DNA of 64,000 nt from an uncultured Actinomycetes bacterium (lineage in GTDB: Bacteria; Actinomycetota; Thermoleophilia; RBG-16-64-13), in assembly GCA_947085635.1 (NCBI GenBank), contig CAMTXC010000002.1, positions 25,356-89,355 on the forward strand, in the 5' to 3' direction. The position numbers and the translations under genes were made by a program. Shown here in pieces: positions 19,951 through 28,108 of the stretch (within the stretch, counting starts at the first letter, position 1; each line of letters opens with the position of its first letter). The notes under the pieces are model-generated. The model ran no database searches, was not told the origin of the DNA, and was given only the letters and a program-made list of their open reading frames with translations.

Positions 19951-20755
19951 GACGCGCATCCTCGTGGCGCTGTTCGGCGTACCCCTGGGTGTGGGTCTGA
20001 TCGTCCTGGGCAGCCCCTACTACTCGGTGGCGCTGGGCGTGGTCGTGCTGGCCGCGCTCCACGAGTTCTACACGCTGGTGCGTCCTTACCGGCCGAACCT
20101 GCTGGTGGGATACCTCATCGCCGCCGGAGCCCTTACCGCCACCCACTTCTACGGGCTCCCGGGGCTGGCCGGCGCGTTGTCCGCGGGCATCTTCCTGCTC
20201 TTCCTGTGGGGGGTGGGCGGGCCCATCGGCGATCATCTGGTGGGGCGCATGGCCGTCACGGCCTTCGGGGTGGTGTGGATTGTCACCGGTCTGGCGCATC
20301 TCCTGCTGATCCGCGGGCTGGAACACGGTTTGTCGCTCACCCTGCTGGTCGTCGGCGCCACGTGGACCAGCGACACGGGCGCCTACGCGGTGGGCCGCCT
20401 AATGGGTAAGCGGGCCATGGCCCCACGCATCTCTCCGAAGAAGACGGTCGAGGGCGCCGTCGGCGGCATCATCGGCGCGATCCTGTTCGCCCTGGCGGTC
20501 AAGATCTACTCGCCGTGGCTCCCGGTGCGCGAAGCCCTGATACTCGGTCTGGCCATAGGGGTCTTGGGCCAGTGGGGAGATCTGTTCGAGTCTATGGTGA
20601 AGCGCGATCTGGGCAGGAAGGACTCGGGCCGCATCCTCCCCGGGCACGGGGGCATGCTCGATCGCTTTGACAGTCTCCTGTTCGCTTCTATAGTCGCGTA
20701 TTGGGGATCGGTGCTTCTCCTGGCCGACGTCACGCTGGGCGGCGGTGCCTCGTGA
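19943..20755 (+). CDS. cdsA: Phosphatidate cytidylyltransferase
   Basis: Multi-TM; DTGAY, ISPKKTVEG, GDLFES..KR...KDSG..LPGHGG.LDRFD; TTG start after GGAGGA. Confidence 0.95.
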   Translation: MLRTRILVALFGVPLGVGLIVLGSPYYSVALGVVVLAALHEFYTLVRPYRPNLLVGYLIAAGALTATHFYGLPGLAGALSAGIFLLFLWGVGGPIGDHLVGRMAVTAFGVVWIVTGLAHLLLIRGLEHGLSLTLLVVGATWTSDTGAYAVGRLMGKRAMAPRISPKKTVEGAVGGIIGAILFALAVKIYSPWLPVREALILGLAIGVLGQWGDLFESMVKRDLGRKDSGRILPGHGGMLDRFDSLLFASIVAYWGSVLLLADVTLGGGAS

Positions 20756-21906
20756 AGCGGGTGCTGATACTCGGGTCGACCGGCTCGATAGGTCTGCAGG
20801 CCCTCGAAGTGGTGGCGGGCGGCACCGATCTCACCGTGGTGGGCCTCTCGTGCGGCGGTCGTGTGGGCGAGCTCGCCTCGCAGGCGACCGCCCTGGGAGT
20901 GCGGGATGTCGCGGTGGCCGACGAGGCCGCGGCGCGCGGACTGCAGCCCACCCTGTATCCGGAGATGCGGGTGCGCACGGGCCCCGGGGCCGCGGCTCGG
21001 CTGGTGCGCGAGGTGGAGGCCGACCTGGTCTTGAACGCGATCGTGGGCTTCGCCGGTCTCGAGGCCACGGTGGCCGCGCTGGAGATGGGTCGTCCGCTTG
21101 CCTTGGCCAACAAGGAGAGCCTGGTGAGCGGCGGGAGCTTCGTCATGAACCTGGCCGAGCGGGCCGGGGTGACCATCCTTCCGGTCGACTCCGAGCACTC
21201 GGCGCTCTTCCAGCTCCTGTCGGGCGAGACGCGTGCCGTCGTCGAACGGCTGATGCTCACCGCGTCCGGGGGCCCGTTCCGGGGCCGTGGCCCGGAGGAG
21301 CTGGCCGGCGTCACGCCCGGGGACGCCCTCGCCCATCCCACCTGGGACATGGGCGCGAAGATCTCCATCGATTCCGCCACCCTCATGAACAAGGGGCTCG
21401 AGATCATCGAGGCGCACCATCTCTTCGGGGTGCCGTACTCCGACATCGAGGTGATCGTGCACCCTCAATCGCTCGTGCACGCGATGGTGCGCCTGGTCGA
21501 CGGCGCGGTCCTGGCGCACCTGGGCGAGCCCGACATGCGGGTGCCTATCGCCTACGCGCTGCGCTATCCGGCGCGCGGGCCGCTTAAGACGCCCCGCCTG
21601 GATCTTGCGCGAACCGGGTCGCTCACCTTCGAGGCCGCCGACACCGAGACGTTCCGCTGCCTCGACCTCGCGCGGCAGGCCGGGGAGGCGGGAGACGCCC
21701 ACTCCTGCGCCCTGAACGCCGCCAACGAGGTGGCTGTGCAGGCGTTCCTCGCTACGAGCATCGGTTTTCTGGGTATAGCGGAGGTGGTAGCGCGTGTGCT
21801 CGAGCATGTCGAGGTGGTCGTTCCCACCGAGTATAGTCACATTGTCGAGATAGATAACGGGGCGCGCACTCGTGCGCGGGTCCTTGTGGAGGCGGGAAGA
21901 TGGTGA
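20752..21906 (+). CDS. dxr: 1-deoxy-D-xylulose 5-phosphate reductoisomerase
   Basis: LGSTGSIG, LANKESL, PVDSEHSA, TASGGPF, WDMGAKISIDSAT.MNK, NAANE. Confidence 0.97.
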   Translation: MKRVLILGSTGSIGLQALEVVAGGTDLTVVGLSCGGRVGELASQATALGVRDVAVADEAAARGLQPTLYPEMRVRTGPGAAARLVREVEADLVLNAIVGFAGLEATVAALEMGRPLALANKESLVSGGSFVMNLAERAGVTILPVDSEHSALFQLLSGETRAVVERLMLTASGGPFRGRGPEELAGVTPGDALAHPTWDMGAKISIDSATLMNKGLEIIEAHHLFGVPYSDIEVIVHPQSLVHAMVRLVDGAVLAHLGEPDMRVPIAYALRYPARGPLKTPRLDLARTGSLTFEAADTETFRCLDLARQAGEAGDAHSCALNAANEVAVQAFLATSIGFLGIAEVVARVLEHVEVVVPTEYSHIVEIDNGARTRARVLVEAGRW

Positions 21907-23054
21907 GCAGCATCCTGAGTATCGTCGTTGCGGTGGTGGGAGTGGGCTTCCTGATCCTCGCCCACGAGTTCGGTCACTTCATCGTGGCCAAGGCCACCGG
22001 CATGAGGGTCGAGGAGTTCAGCCTCGGCTTCGGCCGCTATCTGTGGAGCCGGCGCGTCGGCGAGACGGTGTACGGCATATCTCTTGTGCCGCTGGGTGGC
22101 TACGTGCGGGTCACCGGCATGCACGCCGAGGAGTTCGAGGAGCGCGTCAAAGCGGCGAGGGAGAGCAGGGACGCGAAGCTGCGCGATCCCGAGTCAATGG
22201 TGACCGGTCGCTCAGCCATAAGTGACGAGGAGATAGCCGCCACGCCGCTCGAGCGCCGCTACTACGCTCATCCGGTGTGGCAACGGGTGGTGTTCATCGT
22301 GGCAGGGGTCACCATGAACGTGGTGGTGGCGTTCTTCCTCCTGTTCTTTGTCGGCCTACAAGGCTACTTCGAGCCCACCACAGTCGTCGATCGCGTGGAG
22401 GCGGGCAGTGCGGCGGCCGACGCGGGTGTCCTCGCGGGAGATCGCTTCGTCAGCATAGGCGGCGACACGACCGACGACTGGTTCTCGGTGCAGCAGGCCA
22501 TACTCTCCCGCGCCGGCGAGCGTGTGGACATCGTGGTAGATCGGGCCGGCACGCAGGTGACGCTTCCGGCCGAGATCGGACTTCGCGAAGACGGCACGGG
22601 AGTCCTCGGAGTTGGGCCGGTGGGTGAGAAGGTTGATCCGGGCATGCTGGAGTCGCTCGCCTTCGCGCGCGACCGAACCGGAGAGCTGTTCGCGATCACG
22701 TTCAACGGCATCGGCATGATGTTCAAGGGAGAGGTGCCGGTGACGGGTTCCGACGGTCTCGCCGGCCCGGTGGGCATCGTCTCCATCTCGTCGGAGGCGT
22801 TCCGCAGCGGGTACTTCCTCAGTCTTCTGGCGTTCATCAGCGTGCAGCTCGCGATACTCAACATGCTCCCGTTGTTGCCGTTGGACGGCGGCCACGTGCT
22901 CTTCAGTCTCATTGAGAAGGGCTTGGGACGGGCCGTGTCCCTGCGTACGTTCGAGCGCGTCTCGGCCGTGGGCATCTCCCTGTTCCTGCTGCTTCTCATC
23001 GTGGCGACGGGGAACGACCTCAGTCGCCTGTTTGGCGGAAGCCTCGGTTTCTGA
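21900..23054 (+). CDS. rseP: RseP-family intramembrane metalloprotease (M50, PDZ)
   Basis: HEFGH, PLGGYV, PDZ segment, GPVGI, NMLPLLPLDGG. Confidence 0.93.
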   Translation: MVSSILSIVVAVVGVGFLILAHEFGHFIVAKATGMRVEEFSLGFGRYLWSRRVGETVYGISLVPLGGYVRVTGMHAEEFEERVKAARESRDAKLRDPESMVTGRSAISDEEIAATPLERRYYAHPVWQRVVFIVAGVTMNVVVAFFLLFFVGLQGYFEPTTVVDRVEAGSAAADAGVLAGDRFVSIGGDTTDDWFSVQQAILSRAGERVDIVVDRAGTQVTLPAEIGLREDGTGVLGVGPVGEKVDPGMLESLAFARDRTGELFAITFNGIGMMFKGEVPVTGSDGLAGPVGIVSISSEAFRSGYFLSLLAFISVQLAILNMLPLLPLDGGHVLFSLIEKGLGRAVSLRTFERVSAVGISLFLLLLIVATGNDLSRLFGGSLGF

Positions 23055-23114
23055 TGCCCCGGTTTCCGGCGCCCGAGCTGATGACCGCCGCCAGGCAAGG
23101 GGGGAGGGCGCAGG

Positions 23115-24197
23115 GTGTTCAGTGAGCGCCAGGTCGATGTAGGCGGGGTGCTCGTGGGCGGTGACGCGCCCGTGGTGATCCAGTCGATGACCAACACCCG
23201 CACCGACGACATCGAGGCGACCCTCTCGCAGGTGCGGGCCCTCGCCACTGCGGGCGCGAGGTTGGTGCGGGTGGCAGTGCCCGACGAGGCCGCGCTGAAG
23301 GCCCTGCCTGCATTGGTCGTCGAGTCGCCGGTGCCCCTCATTGCCGACGTGCACTTCGACTACGCACTCGCCGTGGGCGCGCTGGAAGGCGGGGCTGCGG
23401 GCGTCCGGCTGAACCCCGGGAACATCGGCGGCCCCGACCGGGTGCGCGCGGTCATCGAGGCGGCGAAGGCGCGGGGGGCGGTGGTGCGCATAGGGGTCAA
23501 CAGCGGCTCCCTGCAGCGCGAGCTCCGCTCGCTGGAAGAACGCGACCCGGCAGAAGCTCTCGTAGAATCCGCGATGCGGTTCTGCGCCTTCTTCGAAGAT
23601 CAGGACTTCCGTGAGATCAAGGTGTCGGTGAAGTCGTCATCTCCCTTGGTGACGATCGAAGCCAACCGGCGGTTGGCGACGCGCATCCCGTATCCCCTGC
23701 ATCTCGGGGTGACGGAGGCCGGCACTCCCCGGGCGGGAGCCATCCGCAGCGCCGTCGCCCTGGGGGCTCTTCTGGCGGCTGGGATAGGGGACACGGTCCG
23801 AGCATCGCTGACCGGGGATCCGGTGGAAGAAGTCTGGGTCGCTCGAGAGATACTGAGCAGCCTCGGGCTTGCTAAAGGGGGGCCGAGGGTGATCTCATGT
23901 CCCACGTGCGGGCGCACACGCATCGCGCTCGAGGAGCTGGCGCTCGAGGTGGAGCAGCGCCTCGCTCAGATGGAGGGGCGGTTGTCGAGCCTCGCGCGGC
24001 CGCTCGAGGTGGCCGTGATGGGCTGCGTGGTCAACGGCCCCGGGGAGGCCCGCAAAGCCGACTTCGGCATAGCGGGCGGCGAGGGGGAGGGCGTGGTGTT
24101 CGCCGCCGGCCGTCCTCTGTGCAAAGTGCCCCAAGACCGTCTCGTGGACGAGCTGTTCTCGGCGATCGAAACGTGGTTGACGAGCGGCGGCTCTTGA
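23115..24197 (+). CDS. ispG: HMBPP synthase IspG
   Basis: QSMTNT, RLNPGN, RIGVNSGS, PLHLGVTEAG, SCPTCGR, MGCVVNGPGE. Confidence 0.97.
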   Translation: MFSERQVDVGGVLVGGDAPVVIQSMTNTRTDDIEATLSQVRALATAGARLVRVAVPDEAALKALPALVVESPVPLIADVHFDYALAVGALEGGAAGVRLNPGNIGGPDRVRAVIEAAKARGAVVRIGVNSGSLQRELRSLEERDPAEALVESAMRFCAFFEDQDFREIKVSVKSSSPLVTIEANRRLATRIPYPLHLGVTEAGTPRAGAIRSAVALGALLAAGIGDTVRASLTGDPVEEVWVAREILSSLGLAKGGPRVISCPTCGRTRIALEELALEVEQRLAQMEGRLSSLARPLEVAVMGCVVNGPGEARKADFGIAGGEGEGVVFAAGRPLCKVPQDRLVDELFSAIETWLTSGGS

Positions 24198-24252
24198 ACA
24201 GTCCGGCCCGGTACGGGAACATTCGGGCTTCGTACCGCACAAGGAGGAGACG

Positions 24253-25965
24253 ATGAGGGCATCCCGGCTGTTCATGCCCACGCTCAAAGAAGACCCTTCC
24301 GACGCTGATGCCGCGAGCCACAAGCTGCTCGTTCGCGGCGGGTTCGTGCGCCAGTTCGCGTCGGGCATCTACATCTTCCTTCCGCTTGGGTGGCGGGTGA
24401 TGGAGCGCGTGAACCGCATCATCCGCGAAGAGATGGACGCCATCGGGGCCCTCGAGTTGTCCATGCCCACCATGCACACGGCCGACGTGTGGCGGCAGAC
24501 CGGCCGCTACTACGACATCGGCGGGGAGATGTTCCGCCTCAAAGACCGGAGCGGCCGGGACATGGTGCTGGCGATGACGCACGAGGAGGTGTTCACGTGG
24601 TTGGCATCGCGAGAGCTCCGCTCGTATCGTGAGCTGCCGCAGATCTGGTATCAGATCCAGCTGAAGTTCCGCGATGAACCGCGTCCCAAGGGCGGGGTGC
24701 TACGGGTGCGCGAATTCCTGATGAAAGACTCCTACAGTTTCGACGTCGACGTCGAGGGCCTCGAGGAGAGCTACGCGAAGCATATCCAGGCCTACGATCG
24801 CATCTTCGAACGCTCCGGCCTTCGCTTCTATCGGGTCGACAGCGATCCGGGCATGATGGGGGGAGCTCAGGCTCACGAGTACATGGCGCCCTCACCGGCG
24901 GGGGAAGACCGCGTGGCCATCTGCCCCTCCTGCGGGTACGCGGGGAACATCGAGCTCGCCCGTTCCGTGGCCCGCGCGCCCGAGGGGTCGGTCTCCGAAG
25001 TCCTCGAAGAGGTGGCCACCCCGGATCGGCGCACCATCCGCCAGGTTTCGGAGTTCCTGGAACTGCCGGCGTCGTCTCTCATCAAGTCGCTACTTGTCGT
25101 CGCCGGCGAGGAGCGGGTGCTGGCTCTCGTGCGGGGCGATCAGGAGCTGCACCAGCGCAAGCTCGAACGACACCTCCAACGTGAGATACGCCCGGCCCTC
25201 CCGGAAGAGGTCGAGGAAGCCACCGGCGCCGAGATCGGTTTCATAGGGCCTCTCGGGCTCGATGTGCGTATCGTCGCGGACGAGAGCCTCGCCCCGTCGG
25301 GTCCAGGCGGCGCTCGTGCGTACGTGACGGGCGCGAACAAGGCACATGCGCATCTCGTGGGCGTCATGCTGGGGCGTGACCTCGACCCCGAGTACGCCGA
25401 CCTCCGGGAGGCTCAGGAAGGAGACTCCTGCGTGGAATGCGGCTCCGCGCTCACTGTGGAGCCCACCATCGAAGTGGGAAACATCTTCAAGCTCGGCACC
25501 AAGTACTCGGTGGCCCTCGGCGCCACGGTGCTCGACGAGGACGGGGTCGAGATCCCAATCGTGATGGGGTCGTACGGCATCGGGCCGGCACGCATAGCGG
25601 CCGCCGCTGTCGAGCAGAGCCACGACAAGAAGGGCATCGTCTGGCCGAAGAGCATCGCACCGTTCGACGTGCACCTGGTGCAGGTGCAGGCCGCCGACGA
25701 GGAGCAGACGCGTGTGGCCGGAGCTCTCTACGACATACTGGTCGAGGCAGGGTGGCAGGTGCTCTGGGACGACCGGGACGAGCGCCCCGGTGTCAAGTTC
25801 AAGGATGCCGAGCTCATCGGATGCCCGGTGCGCGTCACCGTCGGGCGCCGAGCGGCTGAAGGCGTCGTCGAGGTGGAGCCTCGCGGGGGAGACCAGGGTC
25901 GTCGAGAAGTGAGGGTGGACGAACTCCCCGAGGTGGTCTCCGAGCTCTGGCGGCTCGCCGACTGA
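24253..25965 (+). CDS. proS: Proline--tRNA ligase (with editing domain)
   Basis: SHKLLVRGG, THEE, KFRDEPRP, REFLMKDSYSF, EVGNIFKLGTKYS, MGSYGIG, DDRDERPGVKF. Confidence 0.97.
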   Translation: MRASRLFMPTLKEDPSDADAASHKLLVRGGFVRQFASGIYIFLPLGWRVMERVNRIIREEMDAIGALELSMPTMHTADVWRQTGRYYDIGGEMFRLKDRSGRDMVLAMTHEEVFTWLASRELRSYRELPQIWYQIQLKFRDEPRPKGGVLRVREFLMKDSYSFDVDVEGLEESYAKHIQAYDRIFERSGLRFYRVDSDPGMMGGAQAHEYMAPSPAGEDRVAICPSCGYAGNIELARSVARAPEGSVSEVLEEVATPDRRTIRQVSEFLELPASSLIKSLLVVAGEERVLALVRGDQELHQRKLERHLQREIRPALPEEVEEATGAEIGFIGPLGLDVRIVADESLAPSGPGGARAYVTGANKAHAHLVGVMLGRDLDPEYADLREAQEGDSCVECGSALTVEPTIEVGNIFKLGTKYSVALGATVLDEDGVEIPIVMGSYGIGPARIAAAAVEQSHDKKGIVWPKSIAPFDVHLVQVQAADEEQTRVAGALYDILVEAGWQVLWDDRDERPGVKFKDAELIGCPVRVTVGRRAAEGVVEVEPRGGDQGRREVRVDELPEVVSELWRLAD

Positions 25966-26046
25966 AGCCCAGGGAAGCCGGTTCTGCAACCGGGTTCTCA
26001 AAGCTATAGTTGATTGAAGCTATGCCTTTTCGGGCTGGTGGCGTTG

Positions 26047-26055
26047 TGCTATAAT
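26047..26055 (+). promoter_or_regulatory. Extended -10 promoter of the rimP-nusA-infB operon
   Basis: TGcTATAAT with a consensus -10 at 26050-26055 in an AT-rich patch. Confidence 0.7.
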
Positions 26056-26091
26056 CATCTCCACGTAACATCAGACTTCGAGAGGTTGTCC

Positions 26092-26120
26092 AGAAGTGGG
26101 TACGGGTGCCCACTTTCTTC
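26092..26120 (+). promoter_or_regulatory. rimP leader hairpin
   Basis: AAGTGGG..CCCACTT stem followed by a pyrimidine run, resembling the known rimP-leader motif (AAGAGTGGG..CCCACTCTTT). Confidence 0.65.
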
Positions 26121-26591
26121 ATGTATGGGGTAGATGTTGTGGAGTTGAGTGAGGCCTGGTTCCAGGAAGCGATCGACGCCGGCGAGGAGCAGGTGGAGTT
26201 GGTGGCGCTCGAGGTACGTGGCGATCGTCGGAACCGGCTCGTGCGCTTGTATGTCGATAGTCCGGGAGGTATCACGCACGAGTTGTGCGCCCGGGTGTCC
26301 GCGCTGGTCGGCGAACAGCTCGATCGAACCGGCTATGCGGACGGCCCCTACACCCTCGAGGTGAGTTCGCCCGGCCTTGAGCGTCCGCTGCGGAAGCGTG
26401 CGCACTTCGAAGCGCAGATAGGGAAGAAAGTGTATGTGAAGACCACCGAGCCTACCGAGGGTCGGAAGGTCTGGCGAGGTGAGCTCGTCGAAGTGCGCGA
26501 TCAGCGGATCGTGGTGCGCGACGGGCAGCAAGAGGTCGAGTTGGATATCGACGGGATCGCCCAGGCGCATCTGGTCTACGAGTTCGAATAG
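26121..26591 (+). CDS. rimP: Ribosome maturation factor RimP
   Basis: RLYVD..GGI....C..VS, YTLEVSSPGLERPL; start uncertain (26121/26139/26145). Confidence 0.93.
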   Translation: MYGVDVVELSEAWFQEAIDAGEEQVELVALEVRGDRRNRLVRLYVDSPGGITHELCARVSALVGEQLDRTGYADGPYTLEVSSPGLERPLRKRAHFEAQIGKKVYVKTTEPTEGRKVWRGELVEVRDQRIVVRDGQQEVELDIDGIAQAHLVYEFE

Positions 26592-26601
26592 GGGAGAAGC
26601 G

Positions 26602-27783
26602 ATGAACAAAGAGACGATCGAGGCCCTCCGCCAGATCGAGAAGGAGAAGAGCATCCCCTTCGACGTCCTCATCGAAGCACTCGAGGATGCACTTCACTCT
26701 GCCTACAACAAGACCGCGCACGCCGTGCCGTACTCTGTCGTGGAGATCGACCAGGAGAGCGGCGAGATTCACGTGTTCGAGCTCACCTTCCCTCCGGGGC
26801 AGGAACCCGATCTCGAAGATGAAGAGGCGGAGATCGATTTTTCCATAGCCACTAGTGAAGAGATCATACCCGACGACTTCGGGCGTATCGCCGCACAGAC
26901 GGCCAAGCAGGTGATCTACCAGCGCATCCGCGAAGCCGAGCAGGAGCTCTTCTTCAACGAGTACTCCACCAGGATCGGAGAGATCGTCACTGGTATCGTC
27001 CAGCAGTCCGACAACCGGTATACGCTGGTCGATCTCGGCCGCGTGGAGGGGTTGCTGCCCAAGAGCGAGCAGGTGCCAACCGAGCGCTATGAGCACGGCA
27101 TGCGCATCAAGGCCGTCATCAAAGACGTCGAGCAGAACCCGAAGGGGCCGCCGATCATTCTGTCGCGTCGGAGCGACGACCTCATCAGGCGCCTTTTCGA
27201 GTTGGAGGTGCCCGAGATAGCCGACGGTCTCGTCGAGATAGTTGGCGTCGCGCGTGAGCCCGGGTATCGCTCGAAGATCTCCGTGGTGTCACACAGCAGC
27301 GGGGTCGATCCCGTGGGTGCCTGTGTCGGGCCTCGAGGTTCCCGGGTGCGCATGGTCGTCTCGGAGTTGCGCGGGGAGAAGATCGACATCATCCCCTTCA
27401 ACGAGGAGCCTGCGCGGTTCGTCGCCAAGGCGCTTTCGCCCGCTCGGGTACGCGAGGTGCTACTCGACGATGCGGCGAAGGAAGCCACCGTCGTGGTTCC
27501 CGACGATCAATTGCCTTTGGCGATCGGCAAGGAGGGGCAGAACGCCCGTCTGGCCAATCGTCTCACCGGCTGGAAGGTAGACATCAAGTCGGAGACCGAG
27601 ATGTCCCAGGAGGAACAGAGATACTCGGTCAGCGACGAGGAGTCCGACGCGTTGGACGGGCGGTGTCACGCGATGACGAGCGGCGGCAAGCGCTGCCCGA
27701 ACGCGGCGCTGCCGGGGGGTCGCTTCTGCGGCATCGCAGCTCACCAATCCCTGGCGACGGAGGGTGGAGACGAAGGAGAGTGA
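26602..27783 (+). CDS. nusA: Transcription factor NusA with Cys/His-rich C-terminal extension
   Basis: FGRIAAQTAKQ, S1 domain, AREPGYRSK, GACVGPRGSR, LAIGKEGQNARLA. Confidence 0.97.
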   Translation: MNKETIEALRQIEKEKSIPFDVLIEALEDALHSAYNKTAHAVPYSVVEIDQESGEIHVFELTFPPGQEPDLEDEEAEIDFSIATSEEIIPDDFGRIAAQTAKQVIYQRIREAEQELFFNEYSTRIGEIVTGIVQQSDNRYTLVDLGRVEGLLPKSEQVPTERYEHGMRIKAVIKDVEQNPKGPPIILSRRSDDLIRRLFELEVPEIADGLVEIVGVAREPGYRSKISVVSHSSGVDPVGACVGPRGSRVRMVVSELRGEKIDIIPFNEEPARFVAKALSPARVREVLLDDAAKEATVVVPDDQLPLAIGKEGQNARLANRLTGWKVDIKSETEMSQEEQRYSVSDEESDALDGRCHAMTSGGKRCPNAALPGGRFCGIAAHQSLATEGGDEGE

Positions 27784-28108
27784 ACGCAGCGAGCCTGTGA
27801 GTGAGGCCTCCCGTGGCACGCCTGAACGGCGGTGCCTCGGGTGTGGCAACCGGGCTCGGCAGCAGGAATTGGTCAGGTTCCGTCTGGAAGAGGGGCACGA
27901 TCTTCCCCGGGTAGTGGCCGACACCGGCCGAAGCAGGCTGGGACGAGGCGCATATCTGTGCCCACGACAGGCCTGCCTAGACCGAGCGCTGCGCCGTAGA
28001 GCGTTCCAGCGGGCGTTCCGTACGAGCGTGATCGTGGAGCCGCAGGAACTGAATGAGGTACTCAGAGGACTGATGGAAGAGGCAACCGGACCGATGGCAG
28101 GTGAGTGA
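27764..28108 (+). CDS. ylxR: YlxR/RnpM-family RNA-binding protein
   Basis: PERRCLGC, ELVRF, GRGAYLC...AC; between nusA and infB. Confidence 0.9.
   Translation: METKESERSEPVSEASRGTPERRCLGCGNRARQQELVRFRLEEGHDLPRVVADTGRSRLGRGAYLCPRQACLDRALRRRAFQRAFRTSVIVEPQELNEVLRGLMEEATGPMAGE

Noticed and set aside
26002-26024. AAGCTAT repeated upstream of the rimP promoter
   Set aside because: Only two 7-bp copies; too weak to call an operator.
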